Source of the DNA: Octopus sinensis
Lineage: Eukaryota
Direction of reading: 5' to 3'
DNA length: 64,000 bases
Assembly (NCBI RefSeq): GCF_006345805.1
Contig: NC_043003.1
Span: forward strand, 30,442,001 to 30,506,000
In this document: positions 1-10,145 of the stretch, piece by piece
Layout: every line of letters starts with the position of its first letter
Numbering within the stretch: position 1 is the stretch's first letter
Position numbers and translations under genes: made by a program
Notes under the pieces: model-generated
Databases searched by the model: none
The model's input: the letters and a program-made list of their open reading frames with translations, nothing else
What the model was told of the DNA's origin: nothing

Positions 1-290
1 GCCCCAATCTAACCAAATCCTTGTAAGTGAATTTGGTGAACAGACGTACATACATATGTATGTATGTATATCTGTCTGTCAAATATATGTGTGTGCATTT
101 TCTGTTAAAATATGATATAATACAAATAAATCAAGTAGTACAGATTTTATCAGACATACATACATGGTGTAATAATTCAGTATTTGCAGGAAGTGCTTTA
201 CTTCAATAAATATGCACCTGAGTAAACATGTTTGTTGTAATGCTATACAGAAATCACCATTTAAAAAAAATGGTCTTTTAAATATAGACA

Positions 291-630
291 CAGGAATAGC
301 TGTGTCGTAAGTAGCTGGCTTACCAACCTCATGGTTTCAGGTTCAGTCCCACTGCATGACACCTTGGACAAGTGTCTTCTACTATAGCCTCAGGCCGACC
401 AAAGCCTTGTGAGTGGATTTGTTAGATGGAAAATGAAAGAAGCCTGTTGTATATATATATGTGTGTGTATCTGTGTCTGTCCCCTCAACATCGCTTGACA
501 ACCAATGCCGGTGTGTTTACGTCCCTATAACCTAGCAGTTTGGCAAAAGAAACCAATAGAATAAGTCCTGGGATCGATTTTCTCAACTAAAGGCAGTGCT
601 CCAGCATGGCTACAGTTAAATGACCAAAAG
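291..630 (+). mobile_element. tRNA-derived SINE, near full length
   Basis: Closely matches the copy at 27428-27805 (gctgtgt..gtaagtagct..ggttcagtcccactg..gaccaaagccttgtgagtggattt..ggcagtgctccagcatggc); central TA/TG microsatellite. Confidence 0.8.
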
Positions 631-634
631 AATA

Positions 635-1918
635 TCATTGATGGGGTTTCTTCTTTGAGTGAGTATGTCTATGTGAAGACAAATTAGATCTTTGAAAAAT
701 TGTTTTACCACAGATATCACAGCAGTATGGTTTTTCGCCTGTGTGGATGCGTTTGTGGGAAGATAAATTAACACTTTTGGAAAATGCTTTACCACATATA
801 TCACAATGGTATGGTTTTTCTCTTGTATGAATATATTTATGGCATGATAAATGACCTCTTTGAGAAAATGTTTTACCACAGATATCACAGTGGTATGGTT
901 TCTCTCCTGTGTGAATATGTCTGTGGCAAGACAAATGGCCAATTCTAGAAAATGTCTCACCACAGATATCACAGTGATATGGTTTCTCTCCGATATGGAT
1001 ACGTTTGTGAGAAGATAAGCAGCCAGTTTGGGAGAACGTTTTGCCACAGATGTTGCAATCATATGGTTTCCCTCCTGAGTGGATGCGTTTATGGGAATAT
1101 AAATTACTACTTCTAGCAAATGTTTTGCCACAGATAGCACAGGGGTATGGCCTCTCTCCAGTATGAATATATTTGTGTTGAGATAAATGACCACTTTCAG
1201 AGAATGTTTTACCACAGCTATCACACTGATATGGTTTCTCTCCTGTGTGAATACATTTGTGTCGGTACAAATGAGAACTTCTAGAAAATTTTTCACCACA
1301 AACATCACAACCATAAGGTTTCTCCCCTGTGTGAATACACTTATGTTCAGATAAATAACCTCTCTGACAAAATGTTTTACCACAGGTATCACACTGATAT
1401 GGTCTTTCTCCTGTGTGAATATATGTATGACGAGATAAATGGCCCTTTTGAGAGAATGTTTTGCCACAAATATCACAGTGATATGGTTTCTCACCAGTAT
1501 GAGTGTGCTTGTGTTGAGAGAAATGTGAATTTCTAGAAAATGTTTCACCACATATATCACAATGGTAAGTTTTTTCTCCAGTGTGAATTCGCCTGTGTTC
1601 AGATAAATGACCCCTTTGAGAGAATGTTTTACCACAGCTGTCACAGTGGTATGGCCTCTCTTCAGTATGAATACGTATATGGTGCAATAATACATTGCTT
1701 GTAGTGAATATTTTACCACAAACCTCACAATGGTATTGCTTTAACACTGAGTGAATTAATTTATGCTGATTTAAACTATTTTCTACTGTAAATAACTTCC
1801 CACAGATGTCACAACAGAGTGATTTCTCTTCTGTATTTTCCTGTATCTGATCAAATATATCAATAGTTTCAGTTTCTGTTCTACTCATAACCAGGTTATC
1901 ACATAATTTCTCCTCCAT
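635..1918 (-). CDS. Poly-C2H2 zinc-finger protein ZNF1, 427 aa, 14 fingers
   Basis: 14 C-x2-C-x12-H-x3-H units with TGEKPY/TGERPY-type linkers; ATG start; uninterrupted ORF. Confidence 0.93.
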   Translation of the reverse strand: MEEKLCDNLVMSRTETETIDIFDQIQENTEEKSLCCDICGKLFTVENSLNQHKLIHSVLKQYHCEVCGKIFTTSNVLLHHIRIHTEERPYHCDSCGKTFSQRGHLSEHRRIHTGEKTYHCDICGETFSRNSHFSQHKHTHTGEKPYHCDICGKTFSQKGHLSRHTYIHTGERPYQCDTCGKTFCQRGYLSEHKCIHTGEKPYGCDVCGEKFSRSSHLYRHKCIHTGEKPYQCDSCGKTFSESGHLSQHKYIHTGERPYPCAICGKTFARSSNLYSHKRIHSGGKPYDCNICGKTFSQTGCLSSHKRIHIGEKPYHCDICGETFSRIGHLSCHRHIHTGEKPYHCDICGKTFSQRGHLSCHKYIHTREKPYHCDICGKAFSKSVNLSSHKRIHTGEKPYCCDICGKTIFQRSNLSSHRHTHSKKKPHQ

Positions 1919-2214
1919 GACTTTCTCTTTAAATTTACTGTTTTCTTTGTATATTCATAATAGAAATATATCTATATCTATATTTACTTTCCCACTCTGA
2001 TGGCCTTTACCAAAGTCTGATGATGTCTCATCTACTAAGAAATATTTTCCAATAAACATTTGTGTACTTTCACAAATAATGCCAACTCCAAGGAAATATT
2101 TTACATCCATTAAACTGAAGGCTGACATTAGCTTGATGAATATATTTCTAGTCTTCAAAATTTGATTCTCTAATCTTTCAGTGATATATTCTTATCTCAA
2201 TGCCATCAGGTATC

Positions 2215-2240
2215 CTGAAATTAGAAACACAACATAAGAC
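2215..2240 (-). promoter_or_regulatory. Putative splice acceptor of the ZNF1 coding exon (exon starts at 2214)
   Basis: Minus strand reads gtgtttctaatttcag|gatacctgatggcattgag, paralogous to the acceptors of ZNF2-5. Confidence 0.65.
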
Positions 2241-3869
2241 ATTAGGGATAACGAAATGTTAACATAATATGGAGAGAGGATATTTGAGTGCAGATATTGA
2301 AAGTTAGAAGAAGCATAATATATTTACAGAGAAGACACTGTGGCAGTATAAATATATGGGAGGAAATGGATAATGAAGACATCGAAAAATGACCACTGGT
2401 CACTATGACATCAATCTCTGCAATTAATTCAGATATTTTTATAAAGATAAGAATGATATTTCTCATCATCAGCCATTGTATACACAGAATCTATGATGAA
2501 AAGGACTAAATAAATAAATAAATGTTTATCTTCAAATCATCCTTTAAGTTGTGTCAATAGCATATTTAATTAGGATTGACATGGTCTAAATTCATCAAAT
2601 TGTTGTTAAAGTCCATTATATCACAAATGAACACCATATATTTCAAATCTGACAAAATTAAAGGAGCAAAGTATTGTATGATCACAGCAATACTTCCAAA
2701 AACATTGTTGAAATAAGAAAAGTGATGTTCTCTTTTTATCTTAATAATTATTAGATAGAAATGACTGATTATAGTTTGAAGAATTAAATATTTAAAATTA
2801 TCTTTAATTGTTAATAAGTTAGTGATGTTTAGTATTTTAAAGGATGAGATGTGCAGTGTACAATAGAGTTTCAATCTTTTTATTTATCAAAACAAGAAAC
2901 ACTACTTTCATTGAAATTGTAATAGTTTGTTGTCTGTAGCTAAAATAGTTGAATGATATAATCTTGCAAGAAGTGTTATAGAGTAATCTCCCTTTATGAG
3001 AAGTAATTCTTAATTATTCAAAAAGCTTCGTGTTTCTCTTGGAAGTTTCTAGGATGTCTAGCGTTCTATTAATAAAAACAGTTTGCATACCCTGCTCTTT
3101 GCTTCTTTGTCGATCAGACTCAGAACCAATCACGTCGTTGCCATGTCTATCTATTTCTCTATGCCACATTACTAAAAACCACTATTTAGCTGTTATTTCT
3201 ACATTACTGAACTTTCTTGCATAGATTATTTCATTCAATAAGTTTCTACATTTTCATTATGTTTCATCGACAACTAGTGAATAAACTATGTTTTATGTAA
3301 TAAATATACAGTTCCTAAATTTATTCTTCTTCTCTGAAAGAATGCTTATAATAAGATACATGCAGCTTTTCTAAACATATATTCACACTACAAAATCATT
3401 TATAAAATATTGGAAAGATAAAGTTTTCTGAAACTATCTACTACAAATTTGAGACATCTGAATGTCTCAGTAACATCAAGAATATCTCAGTTACTGGACC
3501 GCTAGAAAAATGGAGTTAACCATCTAACTGGAGCAATGTATTTCTCTTTGACATAATATACCTGTTATTTACGAAACGTAATGTAAACATTGTTGGCAAT
3601 GTTAGCAACAAAAATGCCCTGGATAAGATATAATATATGAGAGTCAACCCCTTATGTATTATTTTAAAATAAAATACATTTTCTGAAAACTAGATTAACT
3701 TACGAACTTTAAAAGAATTAGAAAAACGTGAAAGAATGAAATAAAGTAATAATGAAGAGATAAGAAAAAACAGGATCTTGAAGGGAGCAAGGTTGGTGTA
3801 GATGAAGTATGAATGTAAATATATAATAGAGATTTTGTATAAAAAAACGTGTAAATTATATATAAATGA

Positions 3870-4125
3870 TACTTACATAACTACTTAGTTTTAAGATAAA
3901 TTAAAGAGAAACGTACCGAATAGTGAGACTTGAAATTGATGAGCAGAACTTTCAACTTTTCTTACAAAATATCTCTATTGTCTTCTGGTTAATGAAAAAT
4001 CTCATAAGTTTATTAGAAATAATATAACTGCAATGTTTACATATTTATTGAGGTGTGGGGGTTGACATACCGGAAGTGACATTGGATTGTGTGGTAAAAA
4101 CTTACCTCTAATCAATAGAGATTTA
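3870..4125 (-). promoter_or_regulatory. Conserved upstream module of ZNF1: donor-like GAG|GTAAGT (intron would start at 4105) and ETS motif (4070-4077)
   Basis: Reverse complement aligns by eye with the modules at 8310, 29641, 45545 and 57440. Confidence 0.6.
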
Positions 4126-4190
4126 TTTATTTTTATTTTCCAGATTTATCGTCTGCGAGTTGTAATTTGGCGTTTCTCAAATTATCCAGT

Positions 4191-4790
4191 CACATCTGTG
4201 ATGTCTGTTGTAAAACATTCTATGGTAGAAGTGTGATGTTAACATAAAAGCCATACCACTGGAATATCTGATAAAATGTTTGCTAGAATTGCTGAAATCT
4301 TACCGTATTCGTAGCCACACGTTGGAAAGACCATACCATAGATCTATGGTAAAATATTTTCTAGAGATATTGAATTGGGATCTTTTCACTAGAATTGTAT
4401 TCACACAGGAGAAAAACAATAACATTCTCTCCAAGTAGTACTTTATTTCAACACAAATGCATTCACAAAGGTAAAAAGTATATCAACTGATTTCTGAGGT
4501 AAAACATCTTTCCCACACTTGTAGTTCAGAACGACGCATATTTTCAAGAGAAAAGCCATACTACTTGTCATATTTGCAGTGAAGCATTTTCAATTGCGAA
4601 TTCAACTCGGCATAAAACCACACAGAAGTGAAACAATATCAATATGATATATAGAATAAATCTTTTTATACAAATATTGAATTGTCTTCCTACATACATA
4701 CTCACACAAAAGAAAAAGGTGTGCTACAGTGTAATATTTGTGGTAAAATATTCTCCCAAAATGACTGGATATTATTGGTAATTATGATAC
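4191..4790 (+). pseudogene. Decayed C2H2 zinc-finger array (about 7 units)
   Basis: Translatable remnants HICDVCCKTF, KPYH, ERPYH, CIHTGEK and HTHTKEKGVLQCNICGKIFSQ, broken by stops and frameshifts. Confidence 0.8.
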
Positions 4791-4922
4791 ATCCCCTGGA
4801 AGTGGGGATAACTTTAATAAATAAATAAATTTTGTATGCTATTGGACATACCGTCATTGCCTATATATGAATACATATTTGTGTGTATGTATGTGCATGT
4901 TTTATATACATACACACACACA

Positions 4923-4924
<2 letters not shown>

Positions 4925-4993
<69 letters not shown>
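4925..4993. repeat. (TA)n microsatellite
   Basis: Direct reading. Confidence 0.97.
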
Positions 4994-4995
<2 letters not shown>

Positions 4996-5084
4996 ATTAT
5001 TATTATCTCATCTAACACTGCGGAATTCCTTATGTAGATCAAGCGGAGATATACCCCAACTGTGGATGACAGCAGCTAGCCAAA

Positions 5085-5730
5085 ACTGGTAAGGCCTTCA
5101 GGTTCGTTGGCACCAACGCGTCTGGCATGCCACACAAACAGGATGAGTTCTATCGACGCCTGGAGAACTTTCTTGTGACATCGAAGACACTAGTTTTGCT
5201 AGGTGATCTTAACGCTATTCTGGATGCACGACTGGATAGCGTAGGCTCGAATGTTAGGAAGTGTAACTCACGCCTCGTCGACCTGCTGAAGCGATTTAGG
5301 GTGGCAGATCGATACAGACTTGATAACCCGAGCGTTCCAATGTGGACTTGGTCTAATAACGACTGATCTATCAGGTCTTATATAGACAGAATAATAGTTA
5401 ATGCTAGAGATAAGTCTAGTTTAAGCTGTCCACAGTTTACCTATGTACCCTACACGGATCACAAATTAGTGACGTGAAGGCTGGATATAGATAATGTTCG
5501 TAGACAGGAAACTGGCTATTGGAAGTTAAACAAGTCCCTATTGGATTGCGAAACTTACCGTAGGTCACGATAGGGTCTGTGGTAGACGAGCATGGACAGG
5601 AGATCCAAGGACAAGAAGAGATGTGCAAGGCCTTTCGCGAGCATTTTGCCATGTTGTTCGGGAGAAACGGGGCGCTGGAACAAGAAGATGCCCTCCAGCA
5701 CTTCCTGGCTGGCGGCCCGCGTCTTTCGGT
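5085..5730 (+). mobile_element. Tx1/L1-clade LINE ORF2 fragment (AP endonuclease and linker), degenerate
   Basis: Motifs LVLLGDLNAILD, WTWSN, SYIDRI, TDH and GYWKLNKSLL, with in-frame stops. Confidence 0.8.
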
Positions 5731-6119
5731 TGCGATTGGCTGGGTTGCACAGTGGCGCGTAATACAGCAAGAAACAAATTGCGCCAATACCAACCAATCA
5801 GAATAGTGGACACAACAGGGCCCAAGGTTGGCTGTTATCTGCTACGTCCGTATTTGTTTTGTATATGTCAGAGAGATAGAGGATTAATTTCACTAAAGGT
5901 ACGCTACAGAGGCATCCGCCGTCTTGTATACCTCTCTTTGTTGAATCTTGCTACGTTTACAGAGGAAACAATATGTAACAACGGACAGAAAACAGTCAAG
6001 TGCTCAAGAAGTTACTCCATTAATTGTCTGACCTTTATTTTTCATAGATCTAAAGTAATGCTTAGATCTTGAGTATAGAACGAGGATTATAATCAGCGTA
6101 ATGTGCCAACAAACACGAT

Positions 6120-6905
6120 AGTACTTTTTTTTAAGCCTAAAGTTTACATGACGATTTAGAGAAAAAGGAAGATGAAACTTCTAATGAGAAATCCCTTATG
6201 GCTAGTAAAAATTGGTTTGAAATGTTTAAGAAGCGCATGAATTTGATGAAACTGAAATTTTCTGGAGACACATGCCTGCTAGAACTTTTATTTTTCGAGG
6301 AGAAAAGTCGACACCGGGAGTTGTAGCTTCCAAAAAATCGTCTAACATATCTTTTGGGAGGAAATGCAGCTGGTGATATGAAATTAAAGCCTACTTATAT
6401 ATCACTCCCCAAATCCAAGGGCTTTCAAGTGTTACACTTAATTTTAGCATCCTCTGATTTGGTGTTCAAATAAGAATGGTCTAGATAATCTTTGAAAGCG
6501 TGATTTACAATCCTTTTTGGATCTTACACATTCTACCAGTATACGAAGTTTCAAATTGTTTAGTTAACTAGAAAATTCCGTCCATCAAAAGGAAAAGATC
6601 CACGCGTTTTCATCCTGTTGTATAAAGGTACAGTGCCAGACATAATATTTCCAACAAAGCATTACTTCTTTTAGACAATGCACCGGGCCACTCAGTAAAC
6701 TTAGAAGACCTTTCTGATAATATGAAAGTAGAATATATCCCCCAAAATACAACTTCTTTGCTCCAATCAATGGGTCAAGGTGTGATAACTAATGTCAAGG
6801 CATATACGAGAAAAACTTTCAAACAACTTATGAAAGCAATTAACAGAGAGGATAGATCTATGGCTTGAGATTCCTGGAAGAAATTCAACATAATGGATGC
6901 TGATG
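6120..6905 (+). mobile_element. Tigger-like (pogo superfamily, DDE_1) transposase remnant
   Basis: ASKNWFEMFKKR, NRLTYLLGGNAAGDMKLKP, KALLLLDNAPGH and PQNTTSLLQSMGQGVI, with frameshifts; a Tigger-like right-end sequence may lie at about 7910-8040. Confidence 0.8.
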
Positions 6906-7017
6906 CTTCGTAGATAACAAAACAACTTTAGATATGTTCTTCACTCCTCATATGATGGTAAATATTGTCCCTCATCCTCCTAGTAACGTTCATTCCACCA
7001 GTGATGTCACTTGACTG

Positions 7018-7333
7018 TTAACACATAAAGCGCGACAGGCCACGATCGTGGCCGTCAGACACAGGTCGACAGACCACGTTCGTGGCCTAGATAGATGTAT
7101 TTAATTTTTGGGCGTTTATTGTCACTCGTACGCTCCGATACTCCCCAGATTGCATGAGGACTAATAGTTCAACTAATGACTTTTCAGATAATGTAAAACT
7201 TGCCACCATTATATACTAAGAAGATATTTTAAGTATTTTTTGTTTTTTATGCGTGCACGGTAGTCTCATTTTCATAAAATGTGCTCAGCAGTCTGTGCTA
7301 TGTAAGTGCAAATCCCAGCGCTTTATGGGTTAA
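7018..7333. mobile_element. TTAA-flanked piggyBac-like MITE
   Basis: TTAAcacataaagcgc (7018-7033) versus gcgctttatgggTTAA (7318-7333): inverted, 1 mismatch; internal palindromes. Confidence 0.7.
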
Positions 7334-8309
7334 AGTGTATTGTGACGTGGTTAATTGGTCTGTGGTGGTGACTGGCTGAGTTGACGAATGAACATATTAT
7401 TCTTGGGCTGCGTGAAAAAGTAACTGATTAAGTTGAACTGCGATGGTCTTTTACAGATAACGACAGCAATAATAGCATACTAGGAGCGGTACAGTGCCTG
7501 GAGTTTACGGCAAGCTACTGATACAGCAACATGTGGCTTGCCTAACAGAAATGGAAACAACTGTGCGATATTCATGCTGACAGAAGTAGTTGGTAAGCTG
7601 TCTGGTGAGGCAAGAATGGAGACACATCTCACTTAGCCGCCTCAGTATTTTGTAATTACCACCAAAAGCGGCCTTTTATATGGCACAAGAAGACTGAATC
7701 ACGTGATGGCTTGATACTGAGTGGTCGCTTCATAGACTGACCATGTGAAACTACTGTAGTTTATTCGTAATGACCCCGCTGCGATGATAAGAATGTTGTC
7801 TTACGATATTACTTTTCTTAATCATTCTTTAACGTATTCCTCTTGAAATGTTTTTGTAGTTTTATGTATCTATGTTGTATTGTGTATGTTTAGAAATTGT
7901 GTTTTTCCTTTTTCGAGAAAGTCCATAGGAACGCACCCCACTTGCTAATACGAAAGCCCATAGGAAAATTAATTTCGCATTACAGAATTTCGCGTTACGG
8001 CTAGATTATCAAGGATGCATTACTTCCCTAAAACGAGAGATTCATTTAGTCCTAGATCAAAGTTTCTTTAATTTTCTCGTTCTTTCGTGTCTATTCCCCA
8101 CTCCACGTCAAAGAAGAAAGTAGTTGGCGATGTTACGTAACTTCGCCAAGTAGTTTTATATACAACAGTTTAGTGAATATTATTAGCAGCTTTTAAAATC
8201 AACATTTTCTGTCCAAAACGCACCTCGGTGTGAACATCGCTATAATGCATTTAACCATAGGTCCGCAGATTCAAAGAATACGAAGGACAAAACACCACCT
8301 AAACTGTAT

Positions 8310-8760
8310 GGCACTCTCTGCTGTTTAGAGGCAAGTTCTTCTTAATCAGTGACACTTCCGGTATGTTAACCTCCACACTGAAGTCTATAAACATTGTTGA
8401 TATATTATTCTTTCTTTACATGTATTCACAGTGTGAGTAATAACTAATTAATTTCTGTAGTTAACTTAAGAGGTTGTTCATTAACCAGAAGACAATAGAG
8501 ATATTCTATAAGTAGTAGTTGAAAGTTCTGCTCAATCTATCTATTTTCTCATCTATTTCCAAGTCTTACTACTTCACTACATGTCTCATTTCATCTACAT
8601 TGTTTTGTAAGTATCATTCATAAAGATTTTACAGTTACATATATTTGTCTCTTTCAAAAATCTTTGTTTAATATTTACAATTTTTACTTTGTCTATCCCA
8701 TTCTTGTTTCTTACAAAATTCTATTTCATTCTTTAATTTTCATAAATTAATTTAGTTTAC
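8310..8760 (+). promoter_or_regulatory. Conserved upstream module of ZNF2: donor-like GAG|GCAAGT at 8331 and ETS motif ACTTCCGG (8354-8361)
   Basis: Paralogous to the four other modules, including the downstream ttcattaaccagaagacaatagagatatt block. Confidence 0.6.
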
Positions 8761-9263
8761 ACGAAATCTTTTTGTTATATATATATATATATATTCCTCT
8801 GTTTCAATCTCCTCCTTTATTTTTATATTTTAAATCCCCGTTATTTATTCTTACTCTACGTTACGTCATTCAGAGTTCTTTCAACAACATAGTTTTTCCC
8901 ACTGTCACAATTTTTGTCAGAGACCCAGTCGCTACATTTCCGAGAGATCAGGTGATAACATGGTCAGTTAATTCATAGTGTATTGTTACACATCATTTCT
9001 GGATAATTGGAAATGTAAAATCTTTTACCGGTGTTCCAGCAAAACTGGAAACCGATCAAGTGGATGGAGAATCATGGTGAAGTGGGGGAATGCATAAACA
9101 TATCGTGGTTTATTTGAAATATCATAACGGAAACAATATTTTCTGGCGATCTTTGGCATTAAGTACATATAACTGCGGAATCGATAAATCGTGGAAAGTA
9201 CAAGTGTCTTGAGTAAATGAAACGAATATGTAAATGCTTAAAAGTTATTACTATAGATTTCCC

Positions 9264-9430
9264 TAAGGCTGCGAGTTGGTAGAGGTGCTAGCGCGTCGGA
9301 CAAAATGCTGAATGGCATTTCGTCCGACTCTTAAGTTAAAAATTCTACCGAGATCGACTTCGCCTTTTATCCTTTTTGGACACACGAGTTCTTTTTGAAC
9401 ACAAGAGTCGATGTAAGCGACTAACCCTCT
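9264..9430 (+). mobile_element. Second tRNA-derived SINE family, degenerate
   Basis: ggctgcgagttggtaga A-box-like head and gtcgacttcgcctttt-like core; a related head lies near 47470-47545. Confidence 0.55.
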
Positions 9431-10145
9431 GTAAAATTACTGGTGCCTTAATTTGAAACTATTACAGATTTCTTTGTGATAATGCACGCACCACCAGCCT
9501 ATGTATATGCATGCATCTATTTGACTGGACAGACACATCCCCGTTCACAAAGTTCCCTTCTGTAAAATTTCAAGTAATATTTTTGTTCACATTTTGAAAT
9601 GATTTTACGACCTGCAACTTCTCTCTCTCTCTCTCTCTCTCATGCACGCATACACACACATTTCTCATATATATATTCTAACTTTTAAGCAAATACATAT
9701 TCGTTTTACTTACTTATGATACCCAAATCTATTTTTGTACTTTCCTTCAGATCCAGATTGATTTGGATTTTTAAAACATTTTTATTTTGTTTTTACTTCA
9801 GGAAGGGCAAGGTACTTTCATCTTAAAAGTTATCCATTATGAATAATGGACCTTCAGTGAGCTACATCTCACAACAAACCAGGACAAAATCAAATGCAAA
9901 AAAGGCTATAATTTTAAAGAAAAGTAATTGCATTTCATTTATTTGCTATAATTTTCTTCTACTAACTTTTGATCTTAAATATATTGTGGATCCAGTGGAA
10001 ATAATGGGAATGTCATACTAGTTGCTTATCAGTAACTCAGCTGACACTGCAATGTCCAATCTGTTATTGACTTTCATTGTTGAATACTTCTGTTACTTAA
10101 TATTTTCATTTGCTCACAAGAAATAAAATTTTGACAGAATAAAAG

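Noticed and set aside
4125-4143. Apparent acceptor ttttattttccag in front of the ZNF pseudogene
   Set aside because: It is the reverse complement of the A-rich block that also precedes the ZNF3 donor, so it is explained by the upstream module
4814-5092. ORFs with IYIYIY runs (also near 62102-62296)
   Set aside because: Translation of (TA)n microsatellites
8433-8438. Alternative donor GTGAGT downstream of the ETS motif
   Set aside because: The GT is not conserved in the other four modules, unlike the upstream AG|G(T/C) site
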